64,000 bases of DNA from assembly GCA_963749915.1 (NCBI GenBank), contig CAVVOP010000032.1:96001-160000 (forward strand). Reading direction: 5' to 3'. Below, piece by piece: positions 51,265 to 61,373 of the stretch. The position numbers and the translations under genes are program-made. This DNA is from an uncultured cyanobacterium. Its GTDB lineage: Bacteria; Cyanobacteriota; Cyanobacteriia; Cyanobacteriales; Cyanobacteriaceae. Position 1 is the first letter of the stretch. Each line of letters opens with the position of its first letter. The notes below the pieces were generated by a model. The model did not search any database. It was not told the DNA's origin and saw only the letters and a list, made by a program, of their open reading frames with translations.

Positions 51265-53088
51265 ATGACTCAAACTACAAGACGCCATTTTTTACAATTG
51301 ACAGGAGGGATTGCAACTAGCCTTGCCCTACATCAAATTCTACCTGCTTCAGCGAAAAGCAAACCTCCTAAGACTTACCTTGACGGAGATGTCATTGACT
51401 TAAAAGTCGAAAAAATGAAAGTAATGATAGGCGATCGCCAAGGAAAAGGAACTATACTGAATAATAGTTTACCTGCCCCCACTCTTCGATTTAAAGAAGG
51501 GCAAACTGTAACTATCAATGTAACGAATAATCTGAAACAAGATACATCTATTCATTGGCACGGTATCATTTTGCCTCAAAATATGGATGGAGTACCGGGA
51601 GTTAGCTTTAGAGGCATAAAACCGGGAGAAACTTTCACTTATAAATTCCCTATCAATCAAAGTGGTACTTATTGGTATCATAGTCACAGCAATATGCAAG
51701 AACCAATGGGAATGTATGGTGCGATTATTATTGATCCCATTCAACCTGAACCCTTTGAATATGAGCGAGATTATGTAGTTTTACTCTCAGATTGGAGTTT
51801 TGAACATCCTCATGATATTCTTAGCAATCTCAAGAAAATGCCCACCTACTATAACTATCAAAGACGCACGGTGGCAAACTTAGGGGAAGATTGGGATTGG
51901 AAACAAATGCGGATGGATTCATCTGATATTGCCGATGTCACTAGTGCAACTTACACATACTTAATGAATGGTAAGACTAGTGATAAAAATTGGACAGGTA
52001 TATTTAACTCTGGGGAGAAAGTTCGACTACGTTTTATTAATGGCTCGGCTATGACATTTTTTGATGTCAGGATTCCGGGCTTAAAAATGACTGTAGTACA
52101 AGCTGATGGACAAAATGTACAGCCAGTACCAGTAGATGAATTTAGAATTGGGGTAGCGGAAACCTATGATGTGATTGTTGAACCTACAACTGAACAAGCC
52201 TATACTATTTTTGCCGAAACTATGGATCGTAGTGGTTATGCTCGTGGTACATTAGCAGTAAAAGAAGGCTTACAAGCGGCAATTCCACCTCGTAGAGAAC
52301 GCCCTTTACGTACTATGGCAGATATGGGAATGGATCACGGTAGTCATGGTAGTCATGGTAATCATACTAAATCATCAGAGAAAAATAATCACGACAATCA
52401 TAATATGTCGGAGATGAATCAGAACAATTCCCATGACGGTCATAATGTGCAGGATATGAATCAGAATAATCCTCATGACGGTCATAATGTGCAGGATATG
52501 AATCAGAATAATCCTCATGACAATCATGATATGTCGGACATGAACCAGAATGAATTAGACTTTGCTTGGCAACCTCATGGTGATAAAAATCATGGTTTAG
52601 GAAATGCGGCAACGCCAACGATGGTCAAAAATCGCTTAAATGAACCGGGAATAGGTTTAGAAGATGTGGATCATCGAGTCTTAGTTTATACAGATCTCAA
52701 AGGTATAAAACCAATGAATAGACGAAAAGTTGATCGAGAAATTGAGCTACATTTAACAGGTAATATGGAACGTTATATGTGGTCATTTGACGGGAAAAAA
52801 TATTCCGAAGATAAAGAAATTAAATTTTATTACGGAGAGAGATTAAAGCTCACATTTGTCAATGATACGATGATGGAACATCCGATACATCTTCATGGTA
52901 TGTGGATGGAATTGGTTAACGGTAACGGTGAGTATCAACCTCGTAAACACACTATTATTGTGAAACCTGCCGAGAAACTCTCTACTGAAATTGATGTGGA
53001 TGCTAAAGGAAAATGGGCTTTTCACTGCCATTTAATGTATCACATGGATGTGGGTATGTTTCGGACAATTAATGTGGTAAATGCCTGA
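51265..53088 (+). CDS. copA: Copper-resistance multicopper oxidase (CopA/PcoA family), Tat-exported
   Basis: TTRRHFL Tat signal, HWHG, WYHSH, HPIHLHG, HCHLMYHMDVGM. Confidence 0.95.
   Translation: MTQTTRRHFLQLTGGIATSLALHQILPASAKSKPPKTYLDGDVIDLKVEKMKVMIGDRQGKGTILNNSLPAPTLRFKEGQTVTINVTNNLKQDTSIHWHGIILPQNMDGVPGVSFRGIKPGETFTYKFPINQSGTYWYHSHSNMQEPMGMYGAIIIDPIQPEPFEYERDYVVLLSDWSFEHPHDILSNLKKMPTYYNYQRRTVANLGEDWDWKQMRMDSSDIADVTSATYTYLMNGKTSDKNWTGIFNSGEKVRLRFINGSAMTFFDVRIPGLKMTVVQADGQNVQPVPVDEFRIGVAETYDVIVEPTTEQAYTIFAETMDRSGYARGTLAVKEGLQAAIPPRRERPLRTMADMGMDHGSHGSHGNHTKSSEKNNHDNHNMSEMNQNNSHDGHNVQDMNQNNPHDGHNVQDMNQNNPHDNHDMSDMNQNELDFAWQPHGDKNHGLGNAATPTMVKNRLNEPGIGLEDVDHRVLVYTDLKGIKPMNRRKVDREIELHLTGNMERYMWSFDGKKYSEDKEIKFYYGERLKLTFVNDTMMEHPIHLHGMWMELVNGNGEYQPRKHTIIVKPAEKLSTEIDVDAKGKWAFHCHLMYHMDVGMFRTINVVNA
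52390..52551 (+). repeat. 42-bp (14-aa) His/Met-rich tandem repeat x4
   Basis: Units start at 52390, 52432, 52474 and 52516; units 2 and 3 are identical (HDGHNVQDMNQNNP). Confidence 0.95.
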
Positions 53089-53182
53089 GATATTCATGAA
53101 GTAGTGAGTAGGATGGGCATTGTTCACAAGCAGCATCAATTTGTCTGAGTTATTCATTTTTTTACTCGCTAAAATAACATCA

Positions 53183-54109
53183 ATGTTAGGATCAAAAACC
53201 TTAAAAAACTTAGAGATTTTCTGTTTAATTTGCACTTTCAGTTTTATTCCTTTTATTAGTCAGAGTAAGGCAGAAGAAGTTGAGAAGTTTACTCTAAAAA
53301 ATCCTGATAATCTTAACTCTTTTAAACTAGACAATAATTCGGAAGCAAAAGAGCTCTTTTTCCAACAATTTGTTGAACAAAAATCTTTGAGTCAAGAAGA
53401 AACTTTTACTTTTGCTCAGTCTAATTCTACCGAACAAGAAGAAGATTTTGGAGAACCGATCGATGATAGTCAAATTTTCTGGTTTTTATTATTTGATCAA
53501 CTAGAATATCAAGTTAATGAAAACGAAAATATCTTTAACTGGGATATTACTGGTTGGGTTGGTGGTGATTATCAAAAACTATGGATAAAAAGTGAAGGAG
53601 ATGTAAGTCTTGATGATGGTAACGGTAAAGCAGAATTACAACTTTTATACGGCAAACAAATTTCTCCCTACTTTGATTTCCAAGCTGGATTAAGATATGA
53701 CCAATTATACGGTGATGAAGGTAATAGTAGAGGTTTTGCTGTTATCGGAATTCAAGGATTAGCACCCTATTTTTTTGAAATAGACGGTTCACTATTTATC
53801 AGTCACAAAGGAGATGTTTCTGCTCGTTTCAAAGCTGAATATGAACTTTTCTTATCACAAAGAGTCGTTTTACAGCCTAGAGTTGAGACAAATTTAGCTA
53901 TTCAAGAAGTGGAAGAGTTTGGTGTTGGTAGTGGCTTTAACGATTTAGAGTTAGGTTTGCGATTACGCTATGAAATTAGTCGAGAATTTGCTCCTTATAT
54001 CGGCATAAGTTGGGAGAAATTATTTGGGAAAACCGCTGAATTTGCTGAAGAAGAAGGAGAAAGTAGCGATGAGGTGAAATTTGTCACTGGTTTGAGATTA
54101 TTGTTTTAA
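53183..54109 (+). CDS. copB: Copper-resistance outer-membrane protein (CopB/PcoB family)
   Basis: DQLEY, GWVGGDYQKLWIKSEG, QGLAPYFFE, LRLRYEISREFAPYIG, terminal F; start could be 53120. Confidence 0.93.
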   Translation: MLGSKTLKNLEIFCLICTFSFIPFISQSKAEEVEKFTLKNPDNLNSFKLDNNSEAKELFFQQFVEQKSLSQEETFTFAQSNSTEQEEDFGEPIDDSQIFWFLLFDQLEYQVNENENIFNWDITGWVGGDYQKLWIKSEGDVSLDDGNGKAELQLLYGKQISPYFDFQAGLRYDQLYGDEGNSRGFAVIGIQGLAPYFFEIDGSLFISHKGDVSARFKAEYELFLSQRVVLQPRVETNLAIQEVEEFGVGSGFNDLELGLRLRYEISREFAPYIGISWEKLFGKTAEFAEEEGESSDEVKFVTGLRLLF

Positions 54110-54181
54110 ATGGACACAAAAATTAACTATTTGGCGTTGATTATTTGAGCGATGATTTCTTCTTTTCTAATTTAATTGATT

Positions 54182-54883
54182 ATGCGAATTTTGCTAGTAG
54201 AAGATGAACCAGATTTAGGAGTTGCCATTAAACGAACTCTAAATCAACATAACTATATTGTCGATTGGGTTTTTAATGGTGATCAAGCATGGAATTATTT
54301 AGAAGACTCTCATTTAGAATACAGTTTAGCAATCTTCGACTGGTTGTTACCAGGGATATCGGGGATTGAATTACTCCAGCGTTTGAGAAGTCAAAACAAT
54401 CCTTTACCTGTACTCATGCTGACGGCAAAAGATAGCATGGAAGACAAGGTAATAGGTTTAAATGCTGGTGCAGATGACTATTTAGTTAAACCTTTTGGTA
54501 TGGCTGAATTGTTAGCTCGACTTCGTGCCTTACAAAGACGATCTCCTCAACTACAATCCCAACAACTTACAGTGGGTAATCTTGAGCTAGATTATGGTAC
54601 TAATACCGTTAAATGCACAGAGACATCGGGTGAAACAAAAGTTATTCCCCTCACAAGTAAAGAATTTCAATTGTTAGAGTATTTTATGCGACATCCCCAC
54701 CAAATTTTAACCAGAGATCAACTTAAGGAGCGATTATGGGAATTAGGTTCAGAACCGATAAGTAATGTAGTAGCAGCACAAATGCGATTATTACGCAAGA
54801 AATTATCACAGTATGGTTGTGAGCATTTAATTGAAACTGTTTATGGATTAGGTTATCGTTTATTAATCAATGAATCAAAATAG
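54182..54883 (+). CDS. copR: OmpR-family response regulator (CopR/RppA-like)
   Basis: LLVEDE, FDWLLPG, GADDYLVKPF, SNVVAAQMRLLRKKL, IETVYGLGY. Confidence 0.88.
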   Translation: MRILLVEDEPDLGVAIKRTLNQHNYIVDWVFNGDQAWNYLEDSHLEYSLAIFDWLLPGISGIELLQRLRSQNNPLPVLMLTAKDSMEDKVIGLNAGADDYLVKPFGMAELLARLRALQRRSPQLQSQQLTVGNLELDYGTNTVKCTETSGETKVIPLTSKEFQLLEYFMRHPHQILTRDQLKERLWELGSEPISNVVAAQMRLLRKKLSQYGCEHLIETVYGLGYRLLINESK

Positions 54884-56213
54884 ACTATTTGAGCAAACAC
54901 GTTGGCGATTGGCAAGATGGTATGCGGGTATTTTAAGTTTGATTTTAGGTGTATCGGCATTAGCTGTTTATGAAGCGATCGCTCATGCTCATCGAATTAC
55001 CATTAACCAAGAACTAGAAACAGTTGCAGGTACTATTCATGATAGTCTCGAACCTATCTTACAACACCCTGGAAAAATAGAAGAAAGCGTCACTAATCTT
55101 TTACCAGATTTATGTCTAGTGGCAAGGAATTGCACCAAAAATAATCATCACAATCGCCACTTAGACGGAGCAATTCAACAAGATAACTACTATTTACAGT
55201 TTTTTGATTTATCTGGGCGTTTAGTTGCACTAGCAGGAATACAACCAAAAGGTTTATCTATAAGTTATAGTCAGCAACAATGGCAAAATCTAAGGGATAA
55301 TAAGGGCATTCGTTATCGCCAAATTTATCTGGAATTGGATACCCAAGATAATCAACCTTGGGGCTATCTTCAGATAGGCAGAAATCTACAAGCATTTGAT
55401 AATTATGTCGCCAATGTCAAATGGATTCTCTTGTTAGGATTGCCAATTCTTATTGTCTTGGTCATGTTGGCGAGTTGGTGGTTAGCAGGAAAAGCTATGG
55501 AACCGATTTACCAATCCTACCAACAAATTCAACAATTTACTGCTGATGCAGCCCATGAATTAAGGACTCCTTTAGCCGCTATCCGAGCAACTATTGAATC
55601 TTATTTGATGTTGCCAAATTTAACTCCAAAAGATAGCCAAGATGTTTTAAGCACCATTCAAAGGCAGAATCAACGTCTTTCTTCTTTAGTTGCAGATTTA
55701 TTAATGCTTTCTCGAATGGAGCGAAAACTTAGTACAAATCATCAGTTATTAGGTAAACCAGTCAATATCAATGATTTAATCACTGATATTGCTGAGGAAT
55801 TTGCTGCTTTAGCCAAGAGAGAGGAAATTAGTCTGATTCCTAAAATAGAGGTTACTCAACCGTTAAAAGTGATGGGAGATGAAGAACAATTGTATCGTTT
55901 AGTGGCTAATTTAGTGATTAATGCCATTCAACATACCTTAAAGGGAGGGCAAGTAACTTTAGTTTTAAGGCAAGAAAATAATAAAGCTTTAATTGAGGTT
56001 ATTGATGCGGGAATTGGTATTCCCGAAAATGAACAAAAACTTATATTCGATCGCTTTTATCGAGTTAATAAAGCACGTTCAAGGGATAGAGGTGGTTCTG
56101 GTTTGGGTTTAGCCATTGCGAAGGCGATCGCTCTTGCTCATCAAGGTAATATAAAAGTAAAAAGTGAATTAGGAAAGGGAAGTACCTTTACTATTTGTTT
56201 CCCGATTATGTAG
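54870..56213 (+). CDS. copS: Sensor histidine kinase (CopS/RppB-like)
   Basis: Two TM helices, His-containing periplasmic loop, FTADAAHELRTP, GGSGLGL; overlaps copR. Confidence 0.88.
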   Translation: MNQNRLFEQTRWRLARWYAGILSLILGVSALAVYEAIAHAHRITINQELETVAGTIHDSLEPILQHPGKIEESVTNLLPDLCLVARNCTKNNHHNRHLDGAIQQDNYYLQFFDLSGRLVALAGIQPKGLSISYSQQQWQNLRDNKGIRYRQIYLELDTQDNQPWGYLQIGRNLQAFDNYVANVKWILLLGLPILIVLVMLASWWLAGKAMEPIYQSYQQIQQFTADAAHELRTPLAAIRATIESYLMLPNLTPKDSQDVLSTIQRQNQRLSSLVADLLMLSRMERKLSTNHQLLGKPVNINDLITDIAEEFAALAKREEISLIPKIEVTQPLKVMGDEEQLYRLVANLVINAIQHTLKGGQVTLVLRQENNKALIEVIDAGIGIPENEQKLIFDRFYRVNKARSRDRGGSGLGLAIAKAIALAHQGNIKVKSELGKGSTFTICFPIM

Positions 56214-56226
56214 ATACAGTTGAAAA

Positions 56227-56328
56227 TCATTCCTTCAAGACTAAAGGATTGACGGTGTTGAGTGTCTGAAAGCGATTAAAATCCCGATCCGCGGTCCATA
56301 GTTCCGTCACACCGTGTTGTTTGCATAA
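56227..56328 (-). pseudogene. VapC/PIN toxin C-terminal fragment (not in ORF track)
   Basis: LCKQHGVTELWTADRDFNRFQTLNTVNPLVLKE*. Confidence 0.75.
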
Positions 56329-56524
56329 TAATTTTTCTAGCCTAGTTAAGTAAAACAAGCAACTTGAGCAAGACAGTCCTAGGGGTAGTTAGATCTCAAC
56401 CTTGTTGGCGATAATTTTTGGCTAATCTCTCCTTTTTGGGCCGCTTAATTTACCTGCTCATTCAGAAGCGAGCAGAAGAAAAATGATTTTTTCAAAAATA
56501 TTAATTAGCGAATATTATTCGCTA

Positions 56525-57269
56525 ACCTGAGTTCGATGTAAGAAAATAGTCTCAAACTTTTAACTTATATGAGTTTTGGGTTTATACTATTTTCGCTATT
56601 TTACAATTCTTAATGTATTAAAAGTTCTACCCAGATTAATAAGTTAATTTTTCTGAATATTTATTAAATTTCATTGTTAATATCTCCCTTTTTTAAAAAA
56701 TTAATTTCATAATCAATATGTTATTTTTTAAAAATTAATTTTTATGGAATTAGAAACACTTTTCGATGATGTAGATGATTTCTGTTTAATTTTTGAACCA
56801 TCTTTTAATCGTCAAATTTTATCATCTAAACAGAAAAAAAGAATCAAAAATAGTCGATTATCCTTGAGTGAAATTATGACTATTATTATTTATTTTCATC
56901 ATTCTAGTTATCGAAACTTTAAACATTATTATCAAAATCATATTCAGGTTTATCATTTTCAAGATTTTCCTAATTTGGTCAGTTATAATCGTTACAATGG
57001 GTATTCCTATTTGCCACAATAAAAGAGCCAAAAGAAATAAAGTTTTTGATAACTTGGCTCATTGGGGGAAAAGCTCTATAGACTGGTACTTCGGCTTTAA
57101 ACTACATTTAATTATTAATGAATTGGGAGAAATATTGGCATTTCAAATAACAAAAGGTAATGTGGACGATAGAAAAACAGTACCTTATTTAACTTGGGAA
57201 AAATTAATGTTAAGAAAAAGGTCATTAATTGAAACGGTAACAGAGATTGACATTCTTATGCTAAACTAA
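56525..57269 (+). mobile_element. IS982-family element remnant (transposase pieces 56744-57022 and 56997-57269)
   Basis: Putative end ACCTGAGTTCG; LFDDVDDFC, LSEIMTI, LVSYNR, WYFGFKLHLIIN, RKRSLIETV with two internal deletions. Confidence 0.88.
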
Positions 57270-57288
57270 ACAGCCCTAAGGCTGTTTA
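57267..57288 (-). terminator. Hairpin downstream of glpX
   Basis: TAAACAGCC-CTAA-GGCTGTTTA perfect 9-bp stem. Confidence 0.55.
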
Positions 57289-57296
57289 ACGTCTTA

Positions 57297-58337
57297 CTAT
57301 TTTAATTGGATATTTTTGGGTTTATCCCACATATGAACAGTATCAACGAAACGAGCAGTGCTAGACTGACTAGAGATTACCAAACTTTGGGTTCTTGCAC
57401 CACCATGGAAAAAACGTACACCTTCCATTAAAGTACCCGGAGTGATGCCACAGGCCGCAAATAGCACGGTTTCACCTGATGCTAATTCTTCAGCGTTGTA
57501 AACCTTATCAGGATCTGTAATACCCATACTGCGTAAACGCTCAAGATTACTTTCTTTACTTTCACCGATTAAACCGGTTTTTACGATTTCAGGATCATAA
57601 ATTAATTGTCCTTGGAAGTGACCACCTAAGCAACGCATCGCTGCCGCAGAAATAACACCTTCAGGTGCAGCCCCAATACCCATTAAAGCATGAATATTAC
57701 TACCAGAAAAGGCACAGGAAATCGCCGCAGAAACGTCACCATCAGTTATTAAACGTACTCTTGCACCAGCGTCACGGATTTCTTTAACTAAGTCATTATG
57801 ACGTGAACGATCCATGACGACAACGACTAACTCCTCAACACTGCGGTTCATACACTCAGCGATAATTTTGAGGTTTTCTGTCGCCGATTTGCGGATGTCA
57901 ACATGACCTTGTGCCGCAGGAGGTGCCGCTAATTTCTTCATGTAGAAGTCAGGGGCAGCAAATAATCCGCCTTTTTCAGAGATTGCTAATACTGCCATCG
58001 AACCATTTTGACCGTATGCTACAAGGTTAGTACCTTCACAGGGATCTACGGCAATGTCAATCTCGATTAATTCTTCAAGATTACAAAAATTACCAGCATC
58101 AGGGCGAGTACAAATACCTACTTCTTCTCCGATATAAAGCATAGGTGCATCATCTCTTTCGCCTTCACCGATAACGATTCTGCCACGCATTTTAATTTTA
58201 TTCATTCTTTCCCGCATGGCTTCCACTGCTACTTCATCAGCAATGTCTTTTTCGCCTTTTCCCATCCATTTTGAGGATGCGATCGCAGCTTGTTCCACTA
58301 CTTCAATAATCTCTAATCCTAGTGTAGTCTCTAACAT
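57297..58337 (-). CDS. glpX: Fructose-1,6-/sedoheptulose-1,7-bisphosphatase class II
   Basis: [38 protein letters not shown]. Confidence 0.97.
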   Translation of the reverse strand: MLETTLGLEIIEVVEQAAIASSKWMGKGEKDIADEVAVEAMRERMNKIKMRGRIVIGEGERDDAPMLYIGEEVGICTRPDAGNFCNLEELIEIDIAVDPCEGTNLVAYGQNGSMAVLAISEKGGLFAAPDFYMKKLAAPPAAQGHVDIRKSATENLKIIAECMNRSVEELVVVVMDRSRHNDLVKEIRDAGARVRLITDGDVSAAISCAFSGSNIHALMGIGAAPEGVISAAAMRCLGGHFQGQLIYDPEIVKTGLIGESKESNLERLRSMGITDPDKVYNAEELASGETVLFAACGITPGTLMEGVRFFHGGARTQSLVISSQSSTARFVDTVHMWDKPKNIQLK

Positions 58338-58618
58338 TTATATCCTCCAAAGATATGTAATTAAATTTATTAGTATTTGATTTAATAAAAAGTCGTCAAC
58401 AAAAAGTGTATCAGAGACAGGGATCATTTTTTCAGGTGACTCCTGATTGCAAACTTGAGCAATGGTTTCAAAGTTATCAATAATTTGTTGCGGTAGGCTC
58501 GGATTTTGCCCCTCCAAGGCTGGTTGCGTCAAGATCTTCTGAATGCATTTGAAGTTCATCCATTTTGTGTCAAGATGGAACCGGTTTGACCAAAAAATAA
58601 TTCTATTTGTAATTAAAC

Positions 58619-60241
58619 ATGAGAAAAATAGCTAAATTTTTAAAATATATCGGACTTTCATTTATCTGTTTAGGTTTAATTGTAGCGTGCAATACTAACT
58701 CAAGGGAACAAACTACCCCTCCCTCTACAGTCAATGATAACGGTAGAATAACCATTGGAACTACTCTTAAGGCGAGAACATTAGATCCAGCGGACAGCTA
58801 TGAAATAGCCGGTTTAAATTTAATTTATAATATAGGTGAAAGTCTTTATACTTATAAATTGGGGACAACAGAATTAATACCTTTATTAGCAACGGCGATG
58901 CCAACGGTCAGCGATGATGGTTTGATCTATAGGATACCTTTACGAGAAGGGGTAAAATTTCATGATGACACGGTTTTTAATGCTGAGGCCATGAAGTTTT
59001 CTTTGGATAGGTTTATGAAAAATGGTGGGAAGCCTTCCTTTTTGTTGAGTGATACGGTGAAAGAAATTCAGGCAACGGGAGAGTACGAGTTAACTGTCAT
59101 TCTTGATAAACCTTTTGCAGCTTTTCCTGCCTTACTGGCATTTCCGGGAGTTTGCGCTGTTTCCCCTCAAGGTTATACTATCGGTGAAGGGCAATTTAAA
59201 CCGAATGAGTTAGTCGCTACAGGTCCTTATAAGTTAACTTCTTTTAACACTGATTCCGTCAGTTTAGACGTTTTTGATGGTTATTGGGGGAAAAAACCGA
59301 GTAATAAAGGCATTGATTTGCAAATTTATGGTGGTAACTCCGCCAATCTTTATAATAGTTTCTTAACTGGTGCTGTGGCTGTCGCTTATCAAACTTTTGC
59401 CCCAGAACAAATAACAACTTTATTACAAGATGCTACGGCGGGAAAATTTCAAATGACCCAGGGATCTGGTACGGTTGTTAGTTATATGGTGTTAAATCGG
59501 AATCAAAAACCTTTGGATCAAATTGAAGTGCGACAGGCGATCGCCGCTTTAGTTGATCGTAAGTTAATCGTAGATAGAGTATTACAGGGACAGTCCGAGC
59601 CATTATATAGTTTAATTCCCAATGTTTTTGAGGTTTCCCAACCAGTTTTTCAAACGAAATATGAAGATAGTAATATTGCATTAGCCAAAGAATTATTAAC
59701 CAAAGCAGGTTTTTCTGCAACTAATCCCGCCATTGTTGAGATTTGGTATCCTTCCGCCTCGAAAACTCGTAGTGGTGTTGCCAGTACTTTAAAAGCAATC
59801 GCTGATCAACAATTAGAGGGTATAATCCAATTTATCCCCAATGGGGTGGAAAGTGCCACTGCTTTTAGTAACTTAGGCAAGGGAATTTATGCAAGTTTTT
59901 TAGGTGACTGGTATCCCGATTTTCTCGATGCCGATAACTACATACAGCCTTTTTTACAATGCATAAAAGGTAGTGAAGTTCAAGGGTGTATCGAAGGAGG
60001 GGCGCAAACTCAAGGCTCATTCTTTTATAATGCGAAAGTCAATGAATTGATAGATAAACAACGTCGAGAATTGGACACAGAACTGCGTAAAACTACCCTT
60101 GCCGATATTCAGTCTATTATGGCAGAAGAAGTACCTTATATCCCTCTGTGGCAAAATAAAGACTATGCTTTTGCTCAAAATGGAATCACCGGGGTTACCA
60201 TTAATCCTAGTCAAAATTTCCCTTTTTGGACAATAAAATAA
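58619..60241 (+). CDS. Peptide/nickel ABC transporter substrate-binding lipoprotein (family 5)
   Basis: Lipobox IVAC, TLDPAD, LREGVKFHD, TGPYKL, VRQAI. Confidence 0.92.
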   Translation: MRKIAKFLKYIGLSFICLGLIVACNTNSREQTTPPSTVNDNGRITIGTTLKARTLDPADSYEIAGLNLIYNIGESLYTYKLGTTELIPLLATAMPTVSDDGLIYRIPLREGVKFHDDTVFNAEAMKFSLDRFMKNGGKPSFLLSDTVKEIQATGEYELTVILDKPFAAFPALLAFPGVCAVSPQGYTIGEGQFKPNELVATGPYKLTSFNTDSVSLDVFDGYWGKKPSNKGIDLQIYGGNSANLYNSFLTGAVAVAYQTFAPEQITTLLQDATAGKFQMTQGSGTVVSYMVLNRNQKPLDQIEVRQAIAALVDRKLIVDRVLQGQSEPLYSLIPNVFEVSQPVFQTKYEDSNIALAKELLTKAGFSATNPAIVEIWYPSASKTRSGVASTLKAIADQQLEGIIQFIPNGVESATAFSNLGKGIYASFLGDWYPDFLDADNYIQPFLQCIKGSEVQGCIEGGAQTQGSFFYNAKVNELIDKQRRELDTELRKTTLADIQSIMAEEVPYIPLWQNKDYAFAQNGITGVTINPSQNFPFWTIK

Positions 60242-60326
60242 TAAATAATTAACCCCACTTTTCCCGCATCAAAAGTTAGTGCTATAAAGCGAATTGCAGA
60301 AACTGGGGGATAAGGTTTTATTTGTT

Positions 60327-61226
60327 TTAGGAAAAAGAGAGTAGAGGCAACAGAAGAGTCACGAAATAATAAACCAAGGGTGCAGTGAAAACATAACTAT
60401 CAGTCCGATCTAATATACCACCATGACCGGGTATTAACTCTCCTGAATCTTTAACCCCAGCATCTCGCTTCATCATTGATTCCAATAAGTCACCGAATAA
60501 ACTGACAACACCGATAAGTAAGCCTAATAATAAACCTGTTACTTGCCAATAGGGCCAATCCAAAAACCACGCACCGTATAAACCCACTAGCATACTGCTA
60601 CTAATGCCAAACAAGGAACCCTCGACAGTTTTTTTGGGGCTAATATGGGATAATTTTGTTTTGCCGAAATTTTTGCCGATTAAATAAGCACCAATATCTG
60701 CCGCCCAAATACAAGCCATGGCAATAAAAGTAATTTTCAGGGCATCGGGAAAACTGTGTAAGTCGAAAATATTTGCCGGGAAATAACCATCTAAAGGTAA
60801 ATTATGAATGTTAGGAATAGTTTGTGCATAGGCTTGATCTTGTCCTAAACTTACTCTTAAGCGAATCCAATAACTGGGTAAATATCCAGCATAAAATAAT
60901 CCTAAAATTGATGTAGATATATCGGCGATGGTGGCTAATTTCGGTAAAAATAATAAATAAAAACAAATTAATGCACCTGCTAAAGCGAAAGTAGCATCAG
61001 TTAAACTGGGAACAAATGTGGCGGTAATTAACAAAAATTGTGACACTACCATTGTAGTTTTAACGGCTGGTTCGATTCCCTTGGCTTTCACAAGACGAAA
61101 ATACTCCACTTGGGCAAGAAATACTATTACCCCAAAGCTGATAGTAAAATATAAACCACCTAAGATAATCATTATCAATGCTAAGGCGATCGCAACTATC
61201 GTGCTAATGATCCGAGTATAAGGCAT
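60327..61226 (-). CDS. cdsA: Phosphatidate cytidylyltransferase
   Basis: ISPKKTVEG, ESMMKRDAGVKDSG..IPGHGGILDRTD. Confidence 0.97.
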   Translation of the reverse strand: MPYTRIISTIVAIALALIMIILGGLYFTISFGVIVFLAQVEYFRLVKAKGIEPAVKTTMVVSQFLLITATFVPSLTDATFALAGALICFYLLFLPKLATIADISTSILGLFYAGYLPSYWIRLRVSLGQDQAYAQTIPNIHNLPLDGYFPANIFDLHSFPDALKITFIAMACIWAADIGAYLIGKNFGKTKLSHISPKKTVEGSLFGISSSMLVGLYGAWFLDWPYWQVTGLLLGLLIGVVSLFGDLLESMMKRDAGVKDSGELIPGHGGILDRTDSYVFTAPLVYYFVTLLLPLLSFS

Positions 61227-61373
61227 ATTTTAACAATGAGCAAAATGTTGGAAACTAATCTCCCATTTTATCTTAAAATTTAGGATAAGTAAGCAGTCGT
61301 CGATTAACCTTTAGCTCATACTCTAAGCCAAACAAGATTATATTATAAGAATTATTATTTTCTAATAGCTTAT

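Noticed and set aside
58338..58559. 73-aa ORF abutting the glpX start
   Set aside because: Overlaps the glpX RBS and divergent promoter region and has no protein-like features
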